Origin: Candidatus Omnitrophota bacterium
GTDB taxonomy: Bacteria; Omnitrophota; Gorgyraeia; Gygaellales; Profunditerraquicolaceae
Direction: 5' to 3'
NCBI GenBank assembly: GCA_017995695.1
Contig: JAGOIJ010000001.1
Coordinates: forward strand, 1-43,336
Length of the DNA stretch: 43,336 bases
Every line of letters begins with the position of its first letter. The first letter of the stretch is position 1. The position numbers were made by a program, and so were the translations under genes. Below the pieces are notes generated by a model. The model was not told the DNA's origin and did not search any database. It worked only from the letters and a program-made list of their open reading frames with translations. Below are positions 10,891 to 20,265 of this stretch, in pieces.

Positions 10891-11265
10891 TTATTTTCCA
10901 AATATCATCTGCCAAGAAACAAAAAGCAGGAAGACCCCAAACAGTCGTTTAAGTAAAGGACCGGGAAGATTCTGCACCAACTGCGCCCCGATAAGCCCGC
11001 CAATAAAAAACCCCACGCAGATAAACGCAGCCATGCCTAACTTAACGTTTCCGCTATAATAATATTTGAGCGCGGCCAAAAGCCCGATAGGAGGAATCAT
11101 AATCGCCAAGGTTGTCCCCTGCGCCTGATGTTGAGTCAGGCCAAACAAATACACCATGGCAGGAATCAATACTATCCCTCCCCCTAGGCCGAACATGCCG
11201 CCCAAGACCCCCGCCACTAGACCAAGAAGAACATACAATAGTTCATTCATAATCACCCTCCACAT
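10891..11265 (-). CDS. Half-size TSUP (TauE/SafE-like) membrane transporter protein
   Basis: 124 aa with four predicted TM segments and the motif GGMFGLGGGIVLIPAMVYLFG. It is about half the usual length of the family. Confidence 0.65.
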   Translation of the reverse strand: MWRVIMNELLYVLLGLVAGVLGGMFGLGGGIVLIPAMVYLFGLTQHQAQGTTLAIMIPPIGLLAALKYYYSGNVKLGMAAFICVGFFIGGLIGAQLVQNLPGPLLKRLFGVFLLFVSWQMIFGK

Positions 11266-11266
11266 C

Positions 11267-12418
11267 CTAAAAGCTTGGCTCTATGCACAACACCTTATAC
11301 TTTTTAAAATCCTTTAATCCGCCCTGGATAAAACTAAGGTTAGTCAGATATTTCATTTTACACCAAAACCAAAATTTATCTTTGGGCTCCATATCAAAAT
11401 TCCAGCGCACAAAGAGGTACGCATAGCGCCATGTCAAAAGCAAGAAGATGACGGTCAAAACTTTAATAAACAAAGGGGTGAATATAAAACTAAGCGCAAG
11501 GCCTGCCAGGAATAACAAGGCATACAAATGCATGAGGTGAAAATTGCCGATATACACAAACCCACGCATAGGCACTGGCAACGTAAAAGAAGGCCCCCCC
11601 TTAAGAAACTGAAGCACCACCTGCACTCCTTTACGTTTAACATACTTATCAATCAACGGCAAATGCGCCTGACCATACGTCACCCACACCTTACGCAACG
11701 CCTTAATGTCTGCCCGGTGCATATGATCAACTTTTGCTTCCGGAGCAAAATAAAATTTCCATCCCCGCGAGCGCATCTCATAACTCAAATTCATATCTTC
11801 GCCAGTTGGCCGCTCCCAAAACGACATGCCTGTCTCTTGTAACGCCTTTCTGCTATAGGCCACATTGCAGGTGCCAAAAAAATACCCTCGATGGCCTGCA
11901 ATATCCATGGGCGTCGGATCAGCGGGAAAGGGCGGGTAATATCCTTCTTTGATGAATCCATAACGGGGAGAAACCATATTAAATCTAAAATGCTGGCACC
12001 ACGCCTCAACTAAGTTATGAGGATCAACCTTAAGGGTGAACACCTCTCCGCCTACCGCTGCGATTTGAGCATCGCGCTTAAAATGCCCGAGCATCTCGGT
12101 AATCCAATTCGGCGAAGGAGCGCAATCAGCGTCAGTAAAAAATAAATAATCACCCTTAACCACCTCCAGGGCCTTGTTGCGGGCAAAACCCGGAGAAGGA
12201 CATTGAGGCACTTCGACTAATTTAATAAAAGGGTATTTTTTCTGCCAATCTTTGATGATCTCAATAGTCTTGTCATTCGAACCACCGTCGGCAATAACCC
12301 ACTCCCACGCATCGCGCGGATAATCAACATGCAGCAAGTATTCAAAGGTTTTTTCGATGGTACGCTCAAAATTCTTTACCGGGATGATGATAGAAACAAA
12401 AGGTGTCGCAGTCATCAT
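11267..12418 (-). CDS. Family 2 glycosyltransferase with C-terminal TM segments
   Basis: 383 aa. It has VSIIIPVKNFERTIEKT at the N-terminus, a DAD motif (FFTDADCAP) and a hydrophobic C-terminal third. Confidence 0.8.
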   Translation of the reverse strand: MMTATPFVSIIIPVKNFERTIEKTFEYLLHVDYPRDAWEWVIADGGSNDKTIEIIKDWQKKYPFIKLVEVPQCPSPGFARNKALEVVKGDYLFFTDADCAPSPNWITEMLGHFKRDAQIAAVGGEVFTLKVDPHNLVEAWCQHFRFNMVSPRYGFIKEGYYPPFPADPTPMDIAGHRGYFFGTCNVAYSRKALQETGMSFWERPTGEDMNLSYEMRSRGWKFYFAPEAKVDHMHRADIKALRKVWVTYGQAHLPLIDKYVKRKGVQVVLQFLKGGPSFTLPVPMRGFVYIGNFHLMHLYALLFLAGLALSFIFTPLFIKVLTVIFLLLTWRYAYLFVRWNFDMEPKDKFWFWCKMKYLTNLSFIQGGLKDFKKYKVLCIEPSF

Positions 12419-12502
12419 TAATCCTCCTGGCTTTTTCCGCTTGATGCGAAAAGATTACCTTTACGCCGCAAACGTAAATCCCGCTGCGTCATAAAGCCTT
12501 CA

Positions 12503-13345
12503 TCACTCCCACAGAATGTGCTGCGCGTCAAATACGGGTCCTTCTTTGCACACTCGTTTCATGCCAGAGCGCGTAGCAACAACGCAGCCTAAACAGGCGC
12601 CGATACCACATGCCATATGCTCTTCCAATGAAACCTGCGCAGGTATATGCGCTTCCTTTGCAAGCCGGGCAACAGCCTTAAGCATAGGATGCGGGCCGCA
12701 GGCAAATATAGTCGATGGTCCCCGCAGAAGGCGGGGTACCGGCCGATCCGCTACGGCCGGGTGCGTTTGGTCGATGGTCGACAGTACCTCAGGCAGCAAA
12801 TCAGTGACGTGTCCCTTAAAACCTTTTGACCCATCATCGGTAGCTACCTTGACTATACAACCTAATTCCAGCATTTCCTTTTCACACAAAAGATGGGTTC
12901 TGGTTCTCGCGCCGAGCAACACCAGAATCTTTGATTTAGATTTTTGGCGGCGGAAGGCCGCAAGTTTTTCGGCAAGAAAAACCAACGGCGCAACGCCCAT
13001 GCCTCCGGCGATGAGAATAGGTATTGCGTCTTGAGTATTGAGTGTTGAGTACGTAAAGCCGTTACCGAGAGGACCGATGATATCGAGGATTTCACCGGGC
13101 GCGCGACGGGAAAGCAAACGCGTCCCTTGTCCAACCACCTCGTAGAGCATTTCAATCGTTGACCCGCTTACGCGATGGATACCCAATGGCCTGCGTAACA
13201 ATGGTTCTGCGGTTTCACTAACGCTCACGTTAATAAATTGGCCTGGTTGAGCAAGCTTGGCTATTGCGGGGGCCTTAAGCACACAGCGCCAATACGCCCC
13301 ACCCATGTTGATATTTTTCTGTATCGTTGCCGCAAGTTGCATCAT
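12503..13345 (-). CDS. pyrK: Dihydroorotate dehydrogenase electron-transfer subunit (FAD/[2Fe-2S])
   Basis: The track ORF extends to a TTG at 13537. I call the ATG at 13345 (MMQLAAT...), which overlaps the upstream gene's stop as ATGA. It has RRPLGIH, a GGMGVAPL NAD/FAD fold and the C-terminal cysteine cluster CGIGACLGCV. Confidence 0.88.
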   Translation of the reverse strand: MMQLAATIQKNINMGGAYWRCVLKAPAIAKLAQPGQFINVSVSETAEPLLRRPLGIHRVSGSTIEMLYEVVGQGTRLLSRRAPGEILDIIGPLGNGFTYSTLNTQDAIPILIAGGMGVAPLVFLAEKLAAFRRQKSKSKILVLLGARTRTHLLCEKEMLELGCIVKVATDDGSKGFKGHVTDLLPEVLSTIDQTHPAVADRPVPRLLRGPSTIFACGPHPMLKAVARLAKEAHIPAQVSLEEHMACGIGACLGCVVATRSGMKRVCKEGPVFDAQHILWE

Positions 13346-14034
13346 GACACCCTTTGCTCCTTTGTTCTCCTGTTGAGCCACCACACAAAGAGTGAAAAAC
13401 AACAAATAACCGCTAAGAAAAGCGCTGTTTGCCAAACGAGCCCTTGCCATCCCTGTATAACAACAACCCCCCACATTTTTACCAAAAGCACGCCAAGCAG
13501 CATACTTGAGATGGAGATCGCTTCTTTTTTGAGCCAAGGCGCCTGCAGAGGCAGATATTGAACAATATCCTTTTTCGCCATGCCGGCAAAAGAGGGCATC
13601 AGGCGCGCGACAGAACGACGATAGCGCGGATATTCATCGGGAAACGAAAGTAACAAATGTTTTTCTTCCTGCGCTATTAATACCGTATAGCGCACAATAA
13701 ATACTACGAGAAAAACACACACCATCCACCAATTAAACAAAAACACCACCACTCCCACCCCCACTAAGACAATCCCTAAATACATCGGATTGCGCACCAG
13801 CGCATACGGACCTGTCTTTAGTAATGTATTTCCCCCTCGAGAAAACGTCGCTTTATACCCCCGCGCAGAAACACGCACAATCTGCCCCAAAAGCATTAAA
13901 CTTAAGCCCCCCATGCTGATGGCCGTTTCAAGCGCAGTGCCTGTTGCCGGCCGCAGAAAAAACCAGGGGAATATAAATACCGTGATAACAGCCAGCGCGA
14001 TAATTAAACCGTTGCCTTGGATTCTTTTTTTCAT
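13342..14034 (-). CDS. ICMT/PEMT-family membrane methyltransferase-like protein with extra C-terminal TM helices
   Basis: 230 aa with LVRNPMYLGIVLVGVGV and EEKHLLLSFPDEYPRYRRSV motifs, plus an ~80-aa hydrophobic C-terminal extension. Confidence 0.6.
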   Translation of the reverse strand: MKKRIQGNGLIIALAVITVFIFPWFFLRPATGTALETAISMGGLSLMLLGQIVRVSARGYKATFSRGGNTLLKTGPYALVRNPMYLGIVLVGVGVVVFLFNWWMVCVFLVVFIVRYTVLIAQEEKHLLLSFPDEYPRYRRSVARLMPSFAGMAKKDIVQYLPLQAPWLKKEAISISSMLLGVLLVKMWGVVVIQGWQGLVWQTALFLAVICCFSLFVWWLNRRTKEQRVS

Positions 14035-14037
14035 AAC

Positions 14038-14838
14038 CTAGTGCTGACACCTTGGGCAAAAATATGTTCCCCTGCCTCCAAGGACAGTACGTAAGATTTT
14101 AGATTTACAAACCGGGCAGGGTTTTCCTGCGCGATCATACACGCGATGATACGCGACATAACCGCCTGGTTTTCCAGAAAGCCGCACATACTCATCAACC
14201 GAGGAACCGCCGTAACGGATAGCTTCCTTTAAAACAGTATTAATCGCCGCAAACAATGCGGCTTTTTCTTTTTCGCTCAACGTCTGCGCCACCCGCCCAG
14301 GATGAATCCCGGCACGGAAAAGCGCTTCTGCTGCGTACAAATTACCAATGCCGGAGATAAATGTTTGATCCATCAGCAGCGGCTTGATCTTACTCTTTTT
14401 TGCCGCAAGCATCTGATTAAACTGCTCTTGGCTTAATACAAAGGGTTCAGGGCCGAGTTCCTGAACAAATTTTAATTGACGCCAGTCATCGAGCAAGCGC
14501 AGCTCCGCAAACATGCGCTGATCATTAAAATCAAGCGTTTTACCATCGGAAAGATGAAAAACTATACGGCTCTTTTCTCCTGTGCCAGGATAAATCAATT
14601 GCCCAGTCATCTTCAGATGGATCGTTAAGGATTTGCCATTGGACAGTTCCAAAATCAGCACCTTAGCTTTGCGTAGCACGTTCTGGATTGTTGCGCCCTC
14701 CAAGCCTTTCTTAAACTGCTTGACGGACGGCTCACGCACTACCAGCGGATGCCGCACACAAACCTCGGTGATAGTCTTATGCACAATGACGTTACTTAAT
14801 TCGCGCTTTAAGGTTTCAACTTCAGGAAGCTCTGGCAT
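14038..14838 (-). CDS. mutM: Formamidopyrimidine-DNA glycosylase
   Basis: 266 aa with N-terminal MPELPEVE and a C-terminal zinc finger (CPVCKSKI...YFCPRCQ). Confidence 0.93.
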   Translation of the reverse strand: MPELPEVETLKRELSNVIVHKTITEVCVRHPLVVREPSVKQFKKGLEGATIQNVLRKAKVLILELSNGKSLTIHLKMTGQLIYPGTGEKSRIVFHLSDGKTLDFNDQRMFAELRLLDDWRQLKFVQELGPEPFVLSQEQFNQMLAAKKSKIKPLLMDQTFISGIGNLYAAEALFRAGIHPGRVAQTLSEKEKAALFAAINTVLKEAIRYGGSSVDEYVRLSGKPGGYVAYHRVYDRAGKPCPVCKSKILRTVLGGRGTYFCPRCQH

Positions 14839-16468
14839 GTCGTCTTTTCGTTATTTTTGCGCGCTGAATGCGACCATGATAGCGCTGAAGTGACGTCACC
14901 GATAAATCTTTTTTTGCCAACGCCTCAATACCATTCACCGTTGCCTGCGCGCCAGAGATAGTCGTCGTATAGGCGACGCCATAGCGAATCACTTGCGAGC
15001 GTATCTTGATTTCGTCCTCGCGGGGAATCCTTCCCGAAGGAGTATTAATCACCAGCTGAATCTTACCGTCCTTCATTAAATCCAAAATATTAGGCCGACC
15101 TTCGGTAATCTTGGGAAGAATCTTAACGGGAATGCCCGCCTTAACCAATGCGTTGGCGGTACCGACCGAAGCAACGATTTGGAATTTCAAATCGTGCAGC
15201 TTTTTGGCCACAAAAACAATAGCTCGCTTATCCTTATCCCTGACCGAAATAAAGACGCTGCCCTTGCGCGGCAACATTTGTCCGGCAGCGAGCTGGCTTT
15301 TTACATACGCCCGACCAAAATCATTATCAATGCCCATGACCTCCCCGGTTGATTTCATCTCGGGTCCCAAAATAATATCGACCCCGGGAAAACGACTAAA
15401 AGGAAAGACAGATTCTTTAATCGCTACATGCTTTGGTATGTATTCCTGCGAGAATCCTAATTCCTTGAGTTTTCTACCCAACATGATCTTGGTGGCAAGC
15501 TTAGCCAGCGGAACGCCGATAACTTTTGAAACAAAAGGCACGGTCCGCGACGCGCGCGGGTTCACCTCAAGCACATACACCAAATCATCCTTAACAGCAA
15601 ACTGGATATTCATCAGACCAACGATACAAAGTTCTTTCGCCATGCTATAACTTGCCTCGCGAACCTTGCGCAGGATATCGGCGGACAGCGTAAACGTAGG
15701 CAATGCCATAGCAGAATCTCCGGAATGAATGCCTGCCTCTTCGATATGCTCCATGATACCGCCGATAACAAACGTTTCCCCGTCGCCTATAATATCAACA
15801 TCGACCTCAAGGGCGTCCTCGAGAAATTTATCAATCAGTACGGGGTGTTCCCCAGAGACCTCTGCTGCCTCACGAATAAACCGCTCAAGCGTGCTTTCAT
15901 CATACACAATCTCCATGGCCCTACCGCCTAATACATACGAAGGCCGCACCAAAACAGGATAGCCAATCCTGCGGGCAACCTCTTGCGCTTCACTAAAGGT
16001 AAACGCTGTGCCATTCTCCGGCTGCAACAAATTTAGTTTATGCAGCATCTGTTTAAAGCGCTTACGATCTTCTGCTATATCAATACTATCTGCGCTTGTT
16101 CCTAATAAACGAACCCCTGCCCGACGCAAAGGAACGGCTAAATTAAGAGGCGTCTGCCCGCCAAACTGCACAATCACGCCCATCGGTTTTTCAAGCTCAA
16201 TAATATTCATAATATCTTCGAAGGTCAGCGGCTCAAAGTACAAGCGATCAGATGTATCGTAATCGGTTGAAACCGTCTCCGGATTACAATTCACCATAAT
16301 ACTATCAATTCCTTCTTCATTTAACGCAAATGCAGCATGACAACAACAATAATCAAATTCAATCCCTTGGCCAATGCGATTAGGCCCACCTCCCAGGATG
16401 AGGACTTTCTTGTTTTTACCGGGGTGTACTTCTTGCATTCTCGTAACGTGGGTTACCTGTTTTTTCAC
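14822..16468 (-). CDS. carB: Carbamoyl-phosphate synthase large subunit, C-terminal half only (second ATP-grasp domain plus MGS-like allosteric domain)
   Basis: 548 aa, colinear with roughly residues 550-1073 of E. coli CarB (VLILGGGPNRIGQGIEFDYCC, NCNPETVSTDYDTSDRLYFEP, PSYVLGGRAMEIVY, GEVMG). It has a GTG start overlapping the upstream stop as GTGA. Confidence 0.9.
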   Translation of the reverse strand: MKKQVTHVTRMQEVHPGKNKKVLILGGGPNRIGQGIEFDYCCCHAAFALNEEGIDSIMVNCNPETVSTDYDTSDRLYFEPLTFEDIMNIIELEKPMGVIVQFGGQTPLNLAVPLRRAGVRLLGTSADSIDIAEDRKRFKQMLHKLNLLQPENGTAFTFSEAQEVARRIGYPVLVRPSYVLGGRAMEIVYDESTLERFIREAAEVSGEHPVLIDKFLEDALEVDVDIIGDGETFVIGGIMEHIEEAGIHSGDSAMALPTFTLSADILRKVREASYSMAKELCIVGLMNIQFAVKDDLVYVLEVNPRASRTVPFVSKVIGVPLAKLATKIMLGRKLKELGFSQEYIPKHVAIKESVFPFSRFPGVDIILGPEMKSTGEVMGIDNDFGRAYVKSQLAAGQMLPRKGSVFISVRDKDKRAIVFVAKKLHDLKFQIVASVGTANALVKAGIPVKILPKITEGRPNILDLMKDGKIQLVINTPSGRIPREDEIKIRSQVIRYGVAYTTTISGAQATVNGIEALAKKDLSVTSLQRYHGRIQRAKITKRRHARAS

Positions 16469-16944
16469 GCGTTTTCCTTTTTGCCATTCATTTTTACCAA
16501 TAAACCTTCAACAAGGGCAACCGCCTTATCAACAGTGTCTGCCGTTATCACGCCAGGGATATCCCAAGAGTTAAGACTAATAACGGGTATATTAAACTGT
16601 AAACAATACGCAATTTCAGAAAGCGTACCTGCTTCACCAGGAAGAGCCACAACCACATCCCCGCTTTTAACAACAAGCACATTTCTTGCCAAACCCATGC
16701 CGGTAGGAATAGCGATATCGACAAACTCATTGGCATCGGCCTTGTCATAACTGGGTATAATACCTATGGTTGTCCCTCCTCCAGCTTTAAATCCTTTACA
16801 AACCGCCTTCATTGTACCACTTAATCCACCTGAAATTAGATAATCTGCCACTTTTGCTAGCTTTTTGCCTAATTCATGGGATAAATGCTCCACTTCATCC
16901 GTACAAACCCGACCACCAATAACACTAACAGCTTTTTTGTACAT
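16465..16944 (-). CDS. TIGR00725-like (LOG/SLOG Rossmann-fold) protein
   Basis: 159 aa with motifs ISGGLSGTMKAVCKGFKAGGGTTIGIIP and VVALPGEAGTLSE. Confidence 0.7.
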   Translation of the reverse strand: MYKKAVSVIGGRVCTDEVEHLSHELGKKLAKVADYLISGGLSGTMKAVCKGFKAGGGTTIGIIPSYDKADANEFVDIAIPTGMGLARNVLVVKSGDVVVALPGEAGTLSEIAYCLQFNIPVISLNSWDIPGVITADTVDKAVALVEGLLVKMNGKKENA

Positions 16945-16999
16945 ATACCCTCTTATTCACATTCAAAACATTACTTACTGCATTAGGTTACAATTACTT

Positions 17000-17071
17000 T
17001 GCGCCTGGACAGAATCGAACTGTCACACATGGCTCCGGAGGCCATTGCCCTATCCGTTGGGCTACAGGCGC
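17000..17071 (-). tRNA. tRNA-Arg (anticodon CCG)
   Basis: The reverse complement is GCGCCTGTAGCCCAACGGATAGGGCAATGGCCTCCGGAGCCATGTGTGACAGTTCGATTCTGTCCAGGCGCA. It has anticodon loop CTCCGGA and no encoded CCA. Confidence 0.9.
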
Positions 17072-17072
17072 G

Positions 17073-17546
17073 CTATATTGATTCCTTGATTGTTGAAAGA
17101 ACATACGCCCGGTCTTTAACGTGCGCTTGGCGAAAACATAATTTTCTAAAATTCGTCACTCCCTTGCGAGCGAGTGCTTCTTGCATTAAGCGCAAACAAC
17201 GGTCCATGCCGCTGCCTCCGGAAGTACAAAATAAAATTACTTCTTTGCCTGTTATGCCTGAACATCGTTCTAGATAGGTCTTGACTGCGGGTGTTGGGCC
17301 AAACGCCCAGACCGGCGTGCCAATGCATACGCAATCGTACCCTGAAACATCAAATTGCATATCTTCTATGCGCGCCTTAACATCGCTAAAAGCCCGGTGG
17401 CCTTGTTTAAAAAAATTCGTGGATTCATCCAGCGCCTTAATCTCAATAATCTCAACCGCGCCCTTTTCCGCCATTAACCCTTTTAAAAGATGCGCGACGG
17501 TTTTAGTCGTGCCGCTATAAGAATAATATACAATCAGGCTCTTCAC
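17073..17546 (-). CDS. Flavodoxin-family protein
   Basis: 157 aa with N-terminal MKSLIVYYSYSGTTKTVA (FMN phosphate-binding loop) and GTPVWAFGP. Confidence 0.7.
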   Translation of the reverse strand: MKSLIVYYSYSGTTKTVAHLLKGLMAEKGAVEIIEIKALDESTNFFKQGHRAFSDVKARIEDMQFDVSGYDCVCIGTPVWAFGPTPAVKTYLERCSGITGKEVILFCTSGGSGMDRCLRLMQEALARKGVTNFRKLCFRQAHVKDRAYVLSTIKESI

Positions 17547-17559
17547 CCAACGTTCCTTT

Positions 17560-18798
17560 CTAAAATAAACTTAACTGTTGCTCTTCCTTTGCATCCGGGT
17601 GCTCCTCATCAAGCACAGAGATAATGCCATATTCCCCATCATAGCCTGCCAGCACTTTTACCTTGCCTTCACGCATGCGCAACACTCCCGCGGCTATGCG
17701 CGGAGGTAACCCTTGCAATAATTCATCTGGGGTGGCTTTAAGGAGGATATCAAATTCGGTGCCAAATTTAGCGACACAAGAACGATATTCGCGTTCCACA
17801 CCAACAGAATTTTTTCCCACTCCTTTTGTTTCGGCAATGATTTCATCAAGAGGAATTAAACTTTTAAACGGAATCGCGTTTGTCGGAACATACCCCAGGG
17901 GTCGATCGGCAAGCTGCTCAACGCGGTTCATGACTCCCACGGTCACTGCCTTGCCGCATTTAGGGCAGCGCCCATTATGCTGCTTGGTTTCTTGGGGCGA
18001 TAAACGCACATTGCAAAGGCGGTGCCCATCAAAATGGTATTTTCCTTCCTCAGGAAAGAATTCAAGGGTGTGCAAGAATTTCTTTTTATCTTTGGTTTGC
18101 AAGGCCTGACGGATCGCCTGGTACGACAAATCGCAGTTAAAGACATTTGCCTCGCGGCCGATTTTCGCTGGCGAATGGGAATCGCTATTAGAGATCAAGC
18201 TAAAACGATCGAGGGCGCTCAAACGCCAATTCATCGCCGGGTCGCTTGATAGCCCGGTTTCCAAAGCAAAGATTTTTTGCGTTTGGTCTTCAAAACAATC
18301 TTCGATCTTGTCAAAACCCGACATTGAGCCAAACAAAGAAAACCAGGGCGTCCAAATATGTCCGGGGATCACCATGCAATGCTCATCGATATCAAACACA
18401 ATACGCGCAATCTCCCGCGCATCAAGGCCAAGGATCGGCCGCCCGTCACTGGCAAGATTGCCATAGCGGCTTAAGGTCGCATTAATGCTATCGGCGGTTT
18501 TAAACGAAGGGCAGAGGATCAAATTGTGGATCCGGTATCCTTTGCCGCGTTTTGAATAAATACTGCTGATCTCAGCACTTAATATAAAATAAATATCCTT
18601 ATGCTTGAACAAGCCGTTGCCTGCATCGTCAAGCGAACGCTTAAGCTCCTCAAGCCACAGATGGTGAGTGAAATCACCCGTGCCCATCAACGTTATGCCT
18701 TTAAGCTTTGCGTGCTCAGCAATATGCGCAATATCCATATCACGGCTAGTGGCGCGCGAATATTTTGAATGAATGTGAAAATCTGCGATGAATTCCAT
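17560..18798 (-). CDS. PHP-domain nuclease of the endonuclease Q (TIGR00375) type
   Basis: 412 aa with N-terminal ADFHIHSKYSRATS, GTGDFTH, HIWTPWFSLFGSMSGFD and a Cys-rich finger (RLCNV...GRCPKCGK). The layout matches what I recall of archaeal and Bacillus EndoQ. Confidence 0.7.
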   Translation of the reverse strand: MEFIADFHIHSKYSRATSRDMDIAHIAEHAKLKGITLMGTGDFTHHLWLEELKRSLDDAGNGLFKHKDIYFILSAEISSIYSKRGKGYRIHNLILCPSFKTADSINATLSRYGNLASDGRPILGLDAREIARIVFDIDEHCMVIPGHIWTPWFSLFGSMSGFDKIEDCFEDQTQKIFALETGLSSDPAMNWRLSALDRFSLISNSDSHSPAKIGREANVFNCDLSYQAIRQALQTKDKKKFLHTLEFFPEEGKYHFDGHRLCNVRLSPQETKQHNGRCPKCGKAVTVGVMNRVEQLADRPLGYVPTNAIPFKSLIPLDEIIAETKGVGKNSVGVEREYRSCVAKFGTEFDILLKATPDELLQGLPPRIAAGVLRMREGKVKVLAGYDGEYGIISVLDEEHPDAKEEQQLSLF

Positions 18799-18948
18799 AG
18801 CCCTTTTTAGCTTCGCTTACTCATTGCGTTGCTTAATGTTTTGCCTCTGATACATAATTATCTGCAAGAAATTGCTCTCGCATGTTTATATTAAAACACG
18901 GCCGGTATTGTGAAACGTGCTGAAACAAAAGAAGTAACGCGAAACTGC

Positions 18949-20265
18949 TTAGCAAGATGTGCGCAATCGCAGGTGTTGGGGCGAGGCGTACACCACGTTA
19001 CCACTGCATACCGTAAACCCAACGCGCCCCTTCACTGTTGTCCCCAGAAATGCCGAATTTTTAGATTTAGAAATCAGCGATTCCTTGTCAACGGTCCATT
19101 GCTCGTCGGGAAACACCACGGCGACATCAGCATCAGCGCCAACACGCAATGTCCCCTTAGGGATCCCGAGGATTTGCGCGGGACGCACGCACAAAAGGTT
19201 AACTAGTTGTTTCCAATCAATGAAACCACGGTCCAGTAACTCGGTGAGGCTTACGCTTAATTCTGTTTCTAGTCCCACCACGCCAAATTCTGCCCGCTCA
19301 AACTCAATATCTTTTTCGTTTTCTGTATGCGGGGCATGGTCTGAAGCAATAACATCAATTATACCACTTTTTAAAGCCTCTTTAATACTTTTTACATCCT
19401 CTGCGGTGCGTAAGGGTGGATTCATTTTCAGATTAGTATCATAACTTGCCAGCTTCGTTTCATCAAGGGCAAAGTAGTGAGGAGCAGTTTCCGCGCTGAC
19501 AGGCAAACCTTTCTTTTTTGCCGCGGCAATTAAAGCCACGGATTCCTTACAGCTGACATGAGCAATATGCATGCGACATCCGGTTTTTTCAGCTATTCTG
19601 ATGTCGCGCTCAACTCTTTTGTATTCAGATTCTTTGGCAATGCCGCGTAATCCTAATTTGGTTGACATAAAACCAAGGTTTACCACACCGTGATTGGATA
19701 ACGAGCGATCCTCGCTATGGCATATCACCAACATGTTATTTTCGCGGGCTTCCTCGCACGCCTCGACCATAAGCGCGTCATTATCCACTGATGACCCATC
19801 GTCGGAAATGGCCACCACGCCTGCCTTTTTTAATGCGTTGGAGTCAGTAAGAGTTTCGCCTTGTCGGTTATGGGTAATCGCTGCGCTCATAAAAACATTA
19901 ACCTGGGCTGTTTCCTTACAGATTCCTTTTAATAGCTCAATATGTTCCCAGCTATCCATACAGGGCGACGTGTTAGGCATGGCCAATACGCTGGTTACGC
20001 CACCCTTGGCTGCTGCCTGCGTGCCAGTCTTAACTGTTTCCTTATCCTCTCTGCCCGGCTCGCGCAAATGCACATGCATATCCACCAGGCCGGGGATCAC
20101 GACCGCGCCTGCCGCATCAATGATTTCCGCTTTATCTGATACTATATTCTTGTCAACAGCAACAATTGTTCCTTGATCAATAAGAATATCCCGCTTATCA
20201 TCAACGTTATTTGCCGGATCGATCACCCTGCCATGCTTAATCAGTAGTTTCATCTTTTTTTTCAT
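18949..20265 (-). CDS. pyrC: Dihydroorotase
   Basis: 438 aa with DMHVHLREPG, VICHSED and ASDHAPH motifs. The start may instead be the internal ATG at 20253. Either start overlaps the end of pyrB. Confidence 0.92.
   Translation of the reverse strand: MKKKMKLLIKHGRVIDPANNVDDKRDILIDQGTIVAVDKNIVSDKAEIIDAAGAVVIPGLVDMHVHLREPGREDKETVKTGTQAAAKGGVTSVLAMPNTSPCMDSWEHIELLKGICKETAQVNVFMSAAITHNRQGETLTDSNALKKAGVVAISDDGSSVDNDALMVEACEEARENNMLVICHSEDRSLSNHGVVNLGFMSTKLGLRGIAKESEYKRVERDIRIAEKTGCRMHIAHVSCKESVALIAAAKKKGLPVSAETAPHYFALDETKLASYDTNLKMNPPLRTAEDVKSIKEALKSGIIDVIASDHAPHTENEKDIEFERAEFGVVGLETELSVSLTELLDRGFIDWKQLVNLLCVRPAQILGIPKGTLRVGADADVAVVFPDEQWTVDKESLISKSKNSAFLGTTVKGRVGFTVCSGNVVYASPQHLRLRTSC

Noticed and set aside
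12503-13537. A long form of pyrK (344 aa, TTG start) as given by the ORF track, and similarly the long form of yicC (36730..37704).
   Set aside because: The N-terminal extensions overlap the upstream genes by 150-200 nt and have no homology-like features. Internal ATGs sit exactly at the upstream stop codons (ATGA overlap at 13342-13345, and 1-nt spacing at 37557/37559) and give canonical N-termini (MMQLAAT..., MLTSMTGFG).
18908-18930. Directly repeated GTGAAAC half-sites (gtgaaacgtgctgaaaca) just downstream of the pyrC stop codon, as a second parS.
   Set aside because: The halves are direct repeats, not inverted, so there is no palindrome. The match to parS covers one half-site only.
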